Positions 12,316 through 24,939 of a stretch of DNA of 64,000 nucleotides are shown here, piece by piece. The DNA is from Folioceros fuciformis (taxonomy: Eukaryota): assembly GCA_049999805.1 (NCBI GenBank), contig JBNGIO010006380.1:490735-554734 (forward strand), read 5' to 3'. A program made the translations under genes and the position numbers. Below the pieces are notes generated by a model that did not search any database, was not told the DNA's origin, and worked only from the letters and a program-made list of their open reading frames with translations. Every line of letters begins with the position of its first letter. Positions within the stretch are counted from its first letter, which is position 1.

Positions 12316-12720
12316 ATGGGTGTACCAGCCGAGAAGGAGCAGGCGTGGGGAGGCCGTGGATGGGCCTTGGCCGGGGCTGCTGGGGCCTGCGCTGCCCTAG
12401 CTGCGGTCGCGGCTAAGTTTGCGTCGCCGCAGGTTGGCTGGGACCGGCGCCTGCTGTGCTACGCAGGTGTGGTGGCTCTGAATGCAGCCATGTGGAGCTT
12501 CTACTCTTCCAGCATCACGCTCTTGTCGTCGGTGCAGGTCACAGTGGTCAGTTTTGGTGCTAACTTCCTTCTGTCAGGCGTCGCGGGCGTCCTCCTGTTC
12601 GGGGAGGTTGCACGGCCGCAGTGGTTTTTGGGGGCGTCCCTTATTGTGCTTGGGATTCTGGCTCTGAGCAAGGGGAACAGGGATCCGGGGCAGAAACCTG
12701 ACAAGGTCAAGCCACTCTGA
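12316..12720 (+). CDS. TMEM42: Transmembrane protein 42-like (small drug/metabolite-transporter-like membrane protein), single exon
   Basis: AGACAALAAVAAKF...NAAMWSFY...LSSVQVTVVSFGANFLLSGVAGVLLFGE...WFLGASLIVLG matches the plant TMEM42 pattern. First ATG at 12316. Confidence 0.8.
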   Translation: MGVPAEKEQAWGGRGWALAGAAGACAALAAVAAKFASPQVGWDRRLLCYAGVVALNAAMWSFYSSSITLLSSVQVTVVSFGANFLLSGVAGVLLFGEVARPQWFLGASLIVLGILALSKGNRDPGQKPDKVKPL

Positions 12721-12899
12721 GGGCCAAGTGTGGGATGCAAGTGCGGGTTTCAAACCACTGGTTTGAGGTGGGAAGGGAGGGATTTGGTGTGCCAGGCACA
12801 GACACTGGAGTTGTGCTTGTAAGTAGTCGTGGTACAGTCTCGACGTAGACAGTCCCGTGGCGGAGTGGGTATGGGGAGCATGTCTCTGAGGATGATCAT

Positions 12900-13150
12900 C
12901 CCAGGGTGTGTGTACGAACTTGTAATGAATTCTGTGGATTTGTTACGCTGGGACGTGATTTGCGTAACGCCGTTATCTCTGTCTCATTGCTGTGCCACGG
13001 GTGACATGAGAAGTGCCCGTTTTGTTCTGGTGCACCAAGAAAAGCACGGCAGCAACCGCCTGCCCTATCAACTACCAGCTCGTGGATGCTCTGTTCTGTT
13101 ATGGTTTGAGCTGCATGGGCACGGGAAGGATGTGCTGTTTGAGTTGCAGA
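12900..13150 (+). pseudogene. Degenerate PLS-class PPR fragment
   Basis: Translation contains VYELVMNSVDLLRWDVICVTPL, TGDMRSARFV and ELHGHGKDVLF, resembling the L/S-motif consensus (VH..I..SG...DV.V.TAL...CG.L..AR.VF; HGHGKEAL.LF). Confidence 0.4.
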
Positions 13151-13243
13151 CCTCTACCATGCTACTCACTCTCCGTTCAGGGTTTTGGTGCATTTCCCTC
13201 GTTGCCTGCGGTGGTCTCCTCTTGCGGTGAAATCAGCCATCTA

Positions 13244-14981
13244 ATGGCAGGGCCGTGCCGTGACATCTTGGGCTTAGTGTTGGTAACAGCGTCTATGCTC
13301 TTGGCTGCAGTTCAGGTTTCGTATCATGCATCTCGGTTTGTGCAAGGGCAGCAGCATGCATCTACCACTGGACAGGAAGGAGTAGCTATGCAGCCAAGTC
13401 TTGGAAGGGGGGTAGAGAAGAACGTCAAACTAGTATTGGACCCGAGAGGAAAGCTACATAGGCCAAGCACCCATGAGCTCGTGCTTTCTAGAACGTTCAA
13501 TGATCCAACCAGCAGAAGGAGAGCTCAGAGCCAGCTTCTGGACTCGAATCCAGGCAAGAAGGAGGCATTGTCCGTCAGAGTCAATCTGATGCACAGAGAT
13601 GCAACAGACTCTCCTTTGAGGCGTGTAGGTGCCACGCATGCGGAGAGAATGAAAGCCGCAGTTGACAGGAGTCGCTTGCGGGAGCAAAGTATGGTGGGCA
13701 ACATGATTCAAGGTCATCAGGTATGGTTCAACTGCATGCATGAAATTCTGCCATCCCTTTTTCGATTTCGGTATGGTTGGCGAAGTGGGAGGCTTACCTT
13801 CCTACAACCATGTTGGTTGCTGCAAGCGTGATGCAGAGTCCTCGGAATCACCAACAGGCGTTGTTGCATCTAGCACCAGCAATAACTCAGTTGAGTTCCC
13901 CATCTCATCAGGGACAGGGGAATACCTTATGCCCTTCTCCATTGGGACCCCCGAGCAGAGTTTCACAACTATAATTGACACGGGCAGCGACCTTGTCTGG
14001 CTGCAATGCAAGCCATGCTTCCACTGCCTCAGGCAGCACGGCCCTTACTTTAACCCTCCCTTGTCCAACACCTTCAAGCGTCTCAACTGCTTCAGCTCCT
14101 TCTGTCAAGCGCTCCCCAGAAAGCAGTGTGCGTTTGGGATCTGCGTCTACACATATGAGTATGGCGATCAGTCTTCCACTGCAGGAGACTTCATCACCGA
14201 AACATTGACACTGCCCTCGACATCTGGAGGTACCTTACAGGTTCCATCTTTCGGGCTTGGATGCGGCCACAACAACCATGGATCCTTTTCTGGGGCAGCA
14301 GGCCTAGTGGGGTTAGGCCAAGGTCGCCTGTCATTCTCCTCCCAGCTGAGCTCCGTTCTCACCAGCAAATTCTCCTACTGCCTGGTGGGCATCGACGACG
14401 CAGACACCGTCACCAGCCCCATGTTCTTCGGCGACGCTGCAGTGCCCAACGCTGAAGGAGTGAAGTACACTCCTATTCTTCCAAACAAGTTCCATCCAAC
14501 GTACTACTATGTGGGTCTCACAGGAATAAGTGTGGGAGGGCGGAGACTAGACGGAATTCCCAACTCCACCTTTGATCTGGATGCAGATGGACGTGGGGGT
14601 ATGGTGTTCGACTCTGGGACCACCCTGACCATGCTTCCCCGAGCTGCTTACCTTCCAGTGGTTGAAGCCTTTGAGGCTGGGATGGAGGGCATACACAGAG
14701 TCGACGGCTTGTTCATGGGTCTTGATCTCTGCTACGACGTTTCTACACTGGACAGTGTGGATGTCCCCACGTTCACCTTCCATTTTCAGGATGCGGACTT
14801 CGATGTGCCGGCTGGCAACACCTTCATCATGGTGGACCAGAGTGGAACCCTTTGTTTGGCCCTACAGATGTCCTCAGTTCTTGCCATCTTTGGTAACATT
14901 CAGCAGCAGAACTTCCAAGTCGTGTATGACCGGGTGAACAGCCGCATTGGCTTCGTTCCGGCTGGGTGCACGGACCTCTAG
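13244..14981 (+). CDS. Secreted aspartic protease, nepenthesin/CDR1-like (A1B); 2 exons (13244-13720, 13827-14981)
   Basis: Signal peptide MAGPCRDILGLVLVTASMLLAAV, propeptide LMHRD..DSPL, both catalytic motifs (IDTGSDL, FDSGTT) and C-terminal IFGNIQQQNFQVVYD. A phase-0 GT-AG intron at 13721-13826 joins the frames. Confidence 0.93.
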
Positions 14982-15089
14982 AAAGCCACCAACAAGTTGT
15001 ACATCCTGCCACACCTGGCACTCCGTCATCAGTAAATGGTGTCAACTGCTACGTGGAAACTTGCAGCGGTTCCCGTTCTGATATAACAT

Positions 15090-15560
15090 ACCCTAGGCAG
15101 AATTGAAGCAAACTCCGATGTTTGTGGAAGTCCTATTTCATCAGTCTCTTCAAATAACCCGTGGAACTCCTTCAGCAACTGAGTCTCGAGCTCCAGTCAC
15201 TTCAGTCTAGAGCATCGGCCTCCCAGTCTTCCTCTTGGATCAAGTTCTCAAAAGCACGGCGATGCTCAAGATCTCCTACAACGAGGAAGTATAGCTGCAG
15301 CCTTGTAGGACGCTAGCCGACTAGGGAATATGAGGTTGATAGCGTCGGCGGGCACACAAGGTGTCGCCTGACCGTCCCATGAGACATGACCATGATAAAG
15401 CTCTGAGCCTTTCATGACACACTCTACCACTTCTAACAATCCTGACATACACACTTGACGAGCAAGCTTCGGATAGGTCGGCTTTCCACTCTTTTCCCAA
15501 AATAAAGACTCCAATTCCTCGACGAGCAACCAAAGGCACCTTCCTGTCAAAGACTGCACA
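15090..15560 (-). pseudogene. Possible degenerate PLS-class PPR fragment
   Basis: Frameshifted pieces LARQV/VYVRIVRSG, GDLEHRRAFENL and EFHGLFEETDEIGLPQTSEFASIL resemble PPR L/S/P motifs. Confidence 0.35.
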
Positions 15561-15649
15561 CACACCCTCGACTGCTTGATCGAGTAAGCCTGGACTCAGT
15601 CACCCGCCTTCTGGTCCCTAAATGCCAGGATTTTCAGTTTGTCTCAATC

Positions 15650-17270
15650 CAAGTGCCCAACGATTTATGGTGTTGTGACAGAGATCGCTCAGGTGGGCGA
15701 TCCTCACGAGGGCGACAGGGATTCAAGGGATTCATGAACAGCTCTGCTTTCCAGTGCTTTCGCCTCTGCGCCTCGAGAAACTGGCTCTTCATGTGGAGTG
15801 CCATGTTAGCACTGCGTTTGCAACAGTGCGGAGGACAAGGACGGTTAATTGGGTGAAGCAAGGCTTGCATTGCCAACGCCTTTTGGCCTTTCCTGTGAGT
15901 GATGAGGTACGATGGGTCTATATGTCTTGTGGGACTGTTGAAAGGGGAGCTGCCAGACATCATGACGTATTGCTCGGCAGGGCACTGTCGGAGGACCTGG
16001 ATCAGATGTGGAGATAGAGATGGGAGGGGATCGGGTCTACGCTACATTGGTTTTACCCAAGGACGACGCATCTGGGTATGGAGCCGAAGGCAGCAAGACT
16101 GCACAATTGCATGATGCCGAGTCATGCAATCCTGAGCTGTTTTGTTTCACCATTCCACAAGGAGTTGTCAAATCCATGACTTCCTCCGTTTCGTGACCCG
16201 TGCATTCGTGGGGTAATCAGCTGCGTTACACTTGCTCATCTCAGTTGTACGATAGCTGAAAGCTGCTTGGATGATGTGATGATTGGCTGTTTATTCCTCT
16301 GGTGGATGGTGGGGCACAGTTGGAGGTAAAAAATCACATGGCGTGCAGTAGCCGTGATGGCGGTCAGGGATGGTCGAACATACTATATCCCAGTGCCATG
16401 CAAAATTGAAGCCCATCTTTCTCTATACCCTCATCCTCAGTGTGACCTGCTTAGTGAGTTAAGTAACACCAAAAACGGTTGAAGTTGGTGGATTCAATCA
16501 GCCAATGAAGGTGAGAGTTCCGTTGTTCTTTCGGTCTACAGGTTCAACACTGCAGTGTGATGTGATTACGATTACTGGGTAGAGTCCGTGAAGCACTCAG
16601 AAGTAAGCAAGTGCATCGAGAGATTGGGGTGCAAAGATCTGGTTTCAATACAACGCGGGGAAACCTTCCACGGAGCCCGGAAGAGCGAGTTGTGCGACGA
16701 TTCAGGAAACAGATGGCTCTGACAAGTGGCTCACCGTGAATTTTGTTGCATCTTGAGGTAGAGTAGACTTCACGCACAGTGTACTTCACTTTTCCGCATC
16801 ATCATGGCCGGCGCCGGCTGGGCTCTGTTTCAATCAGGAATGTTTTACGTGGATGACTCTGGTACCGGTATGGCCAGAGGCAGAGAAAGAGGCAATACAG
16901 ATTGCCCAATCTCATCGTGCAGGATCCCACACCGGCCACTCACCACAACCGCATACTGGACGCCCACCAAGTCGTGCTGTTGGAACGACAACAGAAGAGC
17001 CACCTTGGCCTCTGGAATCTACGTTCACCTCTGGAAGACGAGACGCGTGCTCCATTCACTGTGCAGCTTCCTTGCCCTACACACAAAAATTCAGGACCAG
17101 ATGCAAAACAATGCTAATCGCATCTTCAGCGCCTCCGCTCACAAGCATCTCTCTTGCCGTGTCTCATCTCCTTCGAGGCCGTGAGGTCAGCCTCACCGTT
17201 ATTAGCTGCCATGTTGTCTTCCAATCCAGGTCTATCCATTCCCGATCCCCGATCGCGTTCTGGGACCCTT
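15650..17270 (+). pseudogene. Tandem-duplicated, internally deleted pseudogene of the downstream VIT/vWA gene
   Basis: 15654-16930 is collinear, introns included, with 19833-21115, and 17075-17270 is collinear with 22093-22335. Multiple frameshifts; the vWA core is missing. Confidence 0.88.
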
Positions 17271-18150
17271 CAGATGGACGACGCTGCCGATGGATGCCCC
17301 GATGGACGACCCGACTTCCCGCTGCGTGGCTGCCTTGCCGCCAACCGCGCCGTGTGCCCCTCCTGCTGCCCATGTGACGGGCCACGGCCCGTCTGCTCAG
17401 TCCGCCGCCCGTACGTGCCTTCAACTTCGGTTATATAAATATGTAATAATAATCTCAGATGGCAGGTTCCACAATTGGGCCGGGCCCCCCTCTTCAAAAG
17501 CCCCAAGTGACCCTAGAAGGCCTAGAAGCCTGGACTGACACGTGTCCGTAAAAGTGAGGGTATCTGGACAGACCGAGGCCACCGAGACGGCCAAAGCCCG
17601 AGGCCCGAGGCGCGAGGGCGGCCCCCCTTTGGCACCTGGTGTACGGTACCCTTGGCAACCCGTTCGGGTACGAATGGCCTGGTGTCTGGCAACCAGCCTG
17701 TGAGTCAGGACGTACATACCGCTGGCGTCTGTACTCTCCTGGATCGATGTACGACATCCAGCTTGAAAAGTTTTTTCCTTTTAAAAAAATCCACAAATGT
17801 TGTGGAATGAAGAGTCCAAATCCTGCATGTGCGGTGCCTGGTTGTGAGCTGTAGATGCAAAATCCCATGAAGGCCGGGCAACAGATGAGGCCAAGAGCGA
17901 CTGCTGCAAGATATGTACAACAGGTGTGTACCAGGGGAGTTTGCGTTGTTGTGTGGAGAGCAAACCTGAGGGAGCAATGGCACTTTTTGTGCGTTGGGCA
18001 TGTCGTGGAAGTTTGCAAGGTCGTTTAATTTCGTTGATGTGAATCATGAGTTGCACGGTTCTCTCTTGGGAGCTGTACAGTAGATGAGGATCTCGGCCAA
18101 CAAGGGAGTCGCTAGCTTGAAGCAAGGATTGCACGTTGTCTGGAGTGCGA

Positions 18151-18217
18151 GATCCAAGCACTGCAAGATCCACTGCACTGCAGGATCCACTGCACTGCAG
18201 GATCCACTGCACTGGAA
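18151..18217. repeat. 17-bp tandem repeat (GATCCACTGCACTGCAG), ~4 copies
   Basis: Units at 18151, 18167, 18184 and 18201. Confidence 0.9.
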
Positions 18218-19669
18218 GGAAGTCTGAAAGCCGGTTCTTGCTTGGGGGTGGTACATACGTGCCGCTACTGTGCAGGTGCAGGATGCAGGGCGTCATCAGG
18301 AGGGCATATCCTGGCGCATGGCTGCACTGGCCACTTTAATTTGGATCCGAAGACGGTTGATTTCACGCTGGCCTGGCTCTGAATTGCATGCACATACAGT
18401 ATTTGGCAACAGGCAGGGGTAGCGAAGGGCACGTTCGTCCAGAGTGGCACAGACAAGGGAGTGCAGGATCTCCCATCTGCTTGGACCCGGTCACTCGGCT
18501 GCTCCTTGTGCAGCGGCGGGTCCACTTTGTCATAGGCCTGCTGCCAGTTGTGGATTCCCTCGACACCGAAGGAGTCTGGCATGGAGGCGTTGGAGAGCGG
18601 AGACCCCGCTTGACGTTACCGTTGTCTGCAACGCCGCTGCCCTGTCCCCCGTGTCCTGCGGTGCGTATTGTAGACCTTTCCACGGGTGGCACAACTTCAC
18701 TGTGTCCCGGGAACGAGAGAGCCCCCTTTCCCTCATCCCAAGACTGTCGATGAAACGGAAGCTTCACCTCCGCGCATGCCTGGAGGGGATCAGAAATGGC
18801 GCCCCCGAAAGATCGCCAGCAGGTCTTGTGATCGGGAAATGTGTCAAGCTTCAGCAGGCAGGAGAGAGTGCGCTGCCGTTCTTGGAAGGAAGTGCTCCTT
18901 CTTGCGCCATCAGGGTTTCGTTCCACCAATTCAGTTGTGTGTCCCTCGTCAGACCTCTGGAGAGAGAGACAGCGGGTTCCTGGCTGACTGCAGCTTTTTG
19001 CGCTTTCCAGTTCCCATGCGATTCGCTTTGACCACGAGTCAGCATATGCCCCCTAGCCGTGGGCATTGATGTGATCAACCACCTTAGCTGCTACAACGCA
19101 GAATGGGGTGGGGGCTGGGGATGGAAAACGAATCTCCCTCTCTCTCTCTTTGCCTTCTCACAACCACACTGTTCCGTAAGCACACCTCCTGATGCAGCTT
19201 GTTGTCTGGCCAGTACAGCTTGTGAAATTGTCAGAGAGACGTTGCTCACCCGGATAAGACATGAGGGCTGTGCGTTTATCTTCCAATTATAGAAGCTCAA
19301 GTTGCCAGCCTTCATGTTCACCTTCAGGAGTTGGTGCTGTGGAGGCCGCCCAACAGTGGGGGGTGTTCATATTTGAATCGGAAGACTGGGCAATCTCGAG
19401 CACTTCTGCTCTTCCGCGATCTGTCTGTAGGAGCGCACAGCGTTCCTCGCCCTGCCACTTCACGGTACAGTTTCGCATTGTCGTCCGTGGCTGGTGTTTG
19501 CGGATGCATGTGATGAATTGCTAGATATTTGGCTGATGTTGCGGATGCGTGCATGTGATGAATCGTTAGAGCAGTGCTGGAAGAACTCAGTACCACGGGA
19601 GATAGATTGGGTTGGGTTCGGGAGGATTGAACTGTCTCAGCAGGTGTATGCAGCTACCAGCAAGCCAAA

Positions 19670-22600
19670 ATGGCAGAGGCACTGGCGTCTGGACTGTTCC
19701 TTGCGCAGTTGCTGAACCGAGGAGACGACAGCTCCCAAGTGCAGCTAGGGCCTCCGAAGCCGCATCCCAAGCCGAAGTACACGTCGCCGAAGGAGGATCT
19801 CAATGCCGGGACTTCCAATTTGCCTCCACCCAAATGCCCAACGATTTATGCTATTGTGACGGACCTAGCTCAGGTCGGCGATCCTTACAAGGGAGACGGG
19901 ACTCAAGGGATTGACGTTCAGGGCGCACACATCCCCTTCCCAGCCCTTGTGCCTCTTCGCCTCGAGAAGCTGGCTCTTCATGTGGAGTGCCACATTAGCA
20001 CTGCGTTCGTAACGGTGTCGGGGACATGGTCGGTGAATTGCGTGAAGAAAAGTCTGCGATGCCAATGCCTTTTGGCCATACCAATGAGCTATCAGGTATG
20101 AAGAGTCCACGTGCCTTGTCGCACTCCTGCTAGTGTAGCTGCTAGACACTGCATATTGCTCAGGCCGAGCTCTGCTTATCCAGGGCGCGGTAGCAGGTGT
20201 GGAGATTGAGATGGGGGAGGATCGGGTTTACACTACCCTGGTTGTACCCAAGGATGAAGCCTCTAGCTATGGAGCCAAAGGAAGCACGACTGCCACAGCG
20301 GATGACTACAACTCGTACAACCCTGAGCTGTTTCGTCTCACCATTCCAAATGTATTGATCAAACCCACGCATTCGTTCGTTTCGTGACCCGTGTACTCGT
20401 GGTGATGATCGGCAGAGCTGCATTTGGTCATCTGTGCGGTAGGATTCCTGAAAGATGCCTTGAACGAACAGTGTTGTGATGATTGGTTCTATAGGTCGAC
20501 GGTGGGTCATCCCTGCGGTTGAAGGTCACCTGGTTTCAAGCGATGACGTTCAAGGATGGTCTATACTATGTCACAGTGCCGTTCGCACTTGAAGACCAGC
20601 TTGCTCTGTATCAGACCCCTATCTCCAGTGTGACAAGCGTGACCTGCTTAGTGAACTCAGGAACATCCGAAACAGTTGAAGTCGGGGGATTCAATCATCC
20701 CATGAAGGTGAGAGTCCTGTTGTTGCTTCTGTCTTTCCGCCAATGTTACAGTGAGACGCGATTACGGACTTAGAGTCCATCGAGCAATCAGGAAGTGAGC
20801 GGGAGCATCATGAGATTGGCTTGTAATTCCACTACAGAGATCTGATTGAAGGATGGCATTCAGGAACTGTCCAGGACGGCTGGAAGAGCCCAGTTTGCAA
20901 TCGATGTGGAGGCAAAAGGCTCAGACAAGTGGATCGGTGAGGATTTTGTTGCATCTTACAAGGTAGAGTTCATAACCCTAGTTCTGTTCATGTAGCTCCT
21001 TTTTTTCATTTTCATGGCTGTCTCTGTTGCAATCACGAATGTTACACCAAGATGACTCTGGTACAGGTATGGTCAGAGGGAATATTCCCCAACCTCATCG
21101 TTCAGGATCCAACATCTTCGAATGGCTATGATCAGGGGGGGACCTTCTGCCTTTCAATTGCCCCTCCAGACCCGAGTCGTGTGCAAGTAAGTAACTATTC
21201 TACTCTTTAGTTCCAGTGATGTTCTTGCTGCATTTTACATGTATAGAGCTCCATCAAAGATTCTCTCTCCGTCTGAATCCTGAGCTTGGATCTTTAACGT
21301 ATTATCCAGGCTTTTCGGCGGGCTGTAGTATTCCTGTTGGACAGAAGTGGCAGCATGACAGGCAAACCCATAACTGATGCCCGCCAGGCCTTGTTGTTGG
21401 GACTCTCGATGTTGCAAAGTGAAGACACGTTTAATATTGCTGCATTCGACCATGAGGTGCTCCTTTTCTCTGGTACACTGGTGAACGCTACGAAGGATGC
21501 CGTGGGCAAAGCGGAAGACTGGGTAGCAACCACATGTGAAGCACGAGGGGGAACCAATATTCTGTCACCATTGCGGCAGGTTTGTTGGCTAAAGTTGATC
21601 AACTGCTGTTGCTGAACAATGCTTGGCCGGGGGTTAAACGTGGTCTCATGGAACTTGTAGGCTATGGAGATGCTGCGAGGAGTTGAAGGAGCAGTTCCTT
21701 ACATATTCCTGATAACAGACGGAGCTGTACAAGATGAGGCTCACATATGTCGTGAGATGGAAACCGTTATAGCGCAAGGAGGTCCTGCAACTCCACGGAT
21801 CTCAACATTTGGCATTGGTTAGAACTTGCCCTAGCAATGGTCCCCATCTCACCTGATGATGTGTTACGTCATTGACGGTAGTTTTTTGGGGCAGGCCTCT
21901 AACCTGTCAACCCTCGCACAGGCCGTTATTGCAACTATTATTTCTTGAAGATGCTGGCAGTGATTGGGAGAGGGCTGAGTGATGTCGCTTTTACTTCAGG
22001 TAATCCGGAAAGAGAAGGGCCACGTTGGTATCATTGGATTCGATGACCATTTCTCAAGGACGACGGTTGCTTGATTCACAATCCAGCTTTGGTGCCCTAC
22101 AGACAAAATTCAGGACCAGATCCAAAGGATGCTAATTGCAGCTTCAACTCCTCTTCTTACAAACATCGCCCTGGCCATCGCGGATCTGCCTCAAGGTTGT
22201 GAGGTGAGCTTCACGATTGGGTGGCTTGGTGGCAGTCGAGTTTCAGTTTCGCACACCGTTGTATCCTAAGGTGTTTCGTCGTTATTCAAGGTTTATCCAT
22301 ACCCGATCCCCGATCTGTTCTGCGGGAACCCCTTGATTGTGTCAGGGAGATTCCATGGCCAATTTCCGGAGTCTATAAAGATAGTTGGTCTTCTGCCCGG
22401 AGGGACTGTGTGGGAGCTTACAGTTCTATCAAGAAAAGCCCCCCAAATACCTCTAAGCAAGGTCATGATCACGATTTGCAAGCATTTCAAATGTCAGCTG
22501 CAACATAATCCCTTCAACTGTTAGGTTTTTTGAACTCTCCCTGCCTTTGTGACCGACCACAGGTATTTGCGAAGCAACAGCTGGATCTTCTGACAGCACG

Positions 22601-23204
22601 CGCCTGGCTTTCTCAGGACAAGCAGATGGAACAGAAGGTGTGCAACAAAACACATGAAATGTATCACGATCCATCTTGTTGTACACTGTGACTAACAAGG
22701 TCGTCTTATGTTGCAGGCTGCCGATTTGAGTATGGTGACAGGAATCCCCTGTGAATACACAAGAGTGGTTGGTTTTGAGACGACGAAGGGCGAGTTCTCA
22801 ACCCTTCAGGACATGAGACAGAAGGTAATTCCGATGGGAACCCGAACCTTGGGAATCTGAGTCTGAACATCCCTGATTAATCTTGTGATCCTTTGCAGGG
22901 GAAGAAGGTGGATGTTACAAAGTATACCAAGGTCGCAGCTATAGCAGTTGTCGGGGGATTGGCCATCGGGTTCGGCAGCATCGCTGCAACTGCAAGCAAC
23001 CTTCCAATCGACAGTGCCGCCGATGCTTTACTTGACGGCGCTGTTGACTGTTGCGGTAACTGCTTAGATGGAGCCTTCGACTGCTGCGGATTAGCCTGCG
23101 GTTGCGTTGGCGACATCGGTAGCTGCTGTTGCTCCTGCGACGACGACTTTGTATCCTGTATATGCGAGTGTTGCATAGACGTATGCTGTTCTTTTCTAAG
23201 CTAG
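19670..23204 (+). CDS. Inter-alpha-trypsin-inhibitor heavy chain-related VIT/vWA domain protein with Cys-rich C-terminus; multi-exon
   Basis: Exon 1 is 19670-20095. MIDAS motif VVFLLDRSGSM; also GGTNILSPL, IFLITDGAV, RISTFGIGRYCNYYFLKMLA and YPYPIPDL. Canonical GT-AG introns; stop at 23202-23204. Confidence 0.9.
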
Positions 23205-23618
23205 CAGGGAACTACAAGCAAATCACCCAGACGGTGTGTACCATCTTCCTGTAGACGTGTAGGTTCATGTCGAGGACTGACTCAAACTGCCCATGTAGCA
23301 GCGCCGAATATCATGGACAACAAATCGGTACAACAATTAACCAACTACTTGAAACTTTATACACCTTCTGCCCTCAAAATGAGAAGGAGTCTGACATTAA
23401 GTAACCAAAGGATCACTCAGGGAGCCAAATTGCGCTGTCACACATCTTTCAAAATTGTGATATGCCCTGCTCATGTGAGCAGAAGAAAACAGAAAATTTC
23501 AGTTACCATCTTCTCGCGCGTTGTCACACGAACTACAATGCCATCCGCCGTGACAAGAGGCAAAACCGTATCTAAACTTTCTCGACAACAACTGTCAATT
23601 CCCTGGAAAAGCCAGACA

Positions 23619-24739
23619 CTAGGAAGAACTGGCACCGCTACGCAGCTGACCTTGACCTTTCCGGAACTTCTTCGTGGCAGCCTCATCCTCCTGCACTCCA
23701 AACATATATCGTAAACTTTCTACACATGACAAGTCGGATGGACGAAGAGACCCAGGGTTGCAAATCCACCCACCTCCTTTTTCACAGGGGCACTCTGCTC
23801 GGAAAGGATGAGCTCGATGTGGCAGGGAGATGACATATAAGCTGCAAAAAAGGGCAGAGAACAGACAACACTGCGTTAAAAAACATGATTAGAGACGAAG
23901 AACGGACAGGGGTCTATCACACGCTTGCCACATACGGTTGATTCGTCCATGAGCACGGTAGGTCCGCCTCCTTTGCTGCTGGGCTTGGTTCACTTGAATA
24001 TGCGAAACCACAAGGCTGGACACATCCAACCCCTTCACCTGCACAGGGAATCAGAAAACGAATCAGGGAACGAGCTAGGCAGGCTGAGGCCCCCGAACTC
24101 ACCCTGAACCGTAAGTCCAGGACCACCACAGGGAATCCACACACCTCAGCATTGCTCTGGGCATTCTTCAAGAGGCCCAACAAGAAGGTGGCCGACTTGG
24201 CAGGCCATCTTCCTTGTCCATTGGAATGCCTTGCCTTAGCCTGGGCTGTTCTGCCCACCCCACCGCAGAATCTGCGGAAAGGAACTGCTTGCTTGTGGGC
24301 AATAACATCCTCCAGAAACCTCTTGGCCTTCTCGAGGCCCATCCTCTTGATGGCCTGTGCCGTCTCGCGCGTATTCTGCACGACCACCCAAACAAGCGCA
24401 TAACACCGTTAGAGGGAAATTGGGGCAGGCCCTAGGATCACAAAAAACTGCTAAACCCTGTCGAAACCCCAGAGACACCCTTACCTTGAAATGGACCCGA
24501 AGATCCGAACCCCGCGCCTTGCATGCTGAAACAACAGAACCCCACAACGATCAGATGGAACCACATCAGCGCCAGCGCAGCACCAGAAGGGGCTCCCGTC
24601 GAATCCATCAACACAACATACCTTTGGTGATGACCTCCGGTTCGTGCGAATACTTCACCTGTTACACAAGCAGACAAAGGGCATGAGCGGTCGACCAGCC
24701 TCCGGAATCCCATCACGACACGGGTGACATCCCTACCAT
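23619..24739 (-). CDS. RPL17: 60S ribosomal protein L17 (uL22); 7 exons, the first being the ATG alone
   Basis: Spliced: [37 protein letters not shown]...[10 protein letters not shown]...NAE|VKGLDV...[25 protein letters not shown]...|EDEAATKK...*. Confidence 0.97.
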
Positions 24740-24939
24740 TTCTTCAGGGCGCGGCAGACCGACTGCGAGCAGCGAGAAAGCCTAGAGGCAAACTGAAAGG
24801 AAAAACTAATTGTGACGAAGCCTGTTTATAAACCCTAAAAACGGGCTGTGTCGGCTAGGGTTGAAGTCCTGAGCGAATATGGCTTTAGCATGGAGCAGTA
24901 TTCTATTTGTCAACATTCTGTGTAAACGGGTGTTGGACC
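24740..24939. promoter_or_regulatory. 200-bp bidirectional promoter/5' UTR region between RPL17 and CGI121 containing telo-box motifs
   Basis: AAACCCTAA at 24830-24838 and an inverted near-match TAGGGTT at 24856-24862. Divergent ATGs at 24739 and 24940. Confidence 0.65.
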
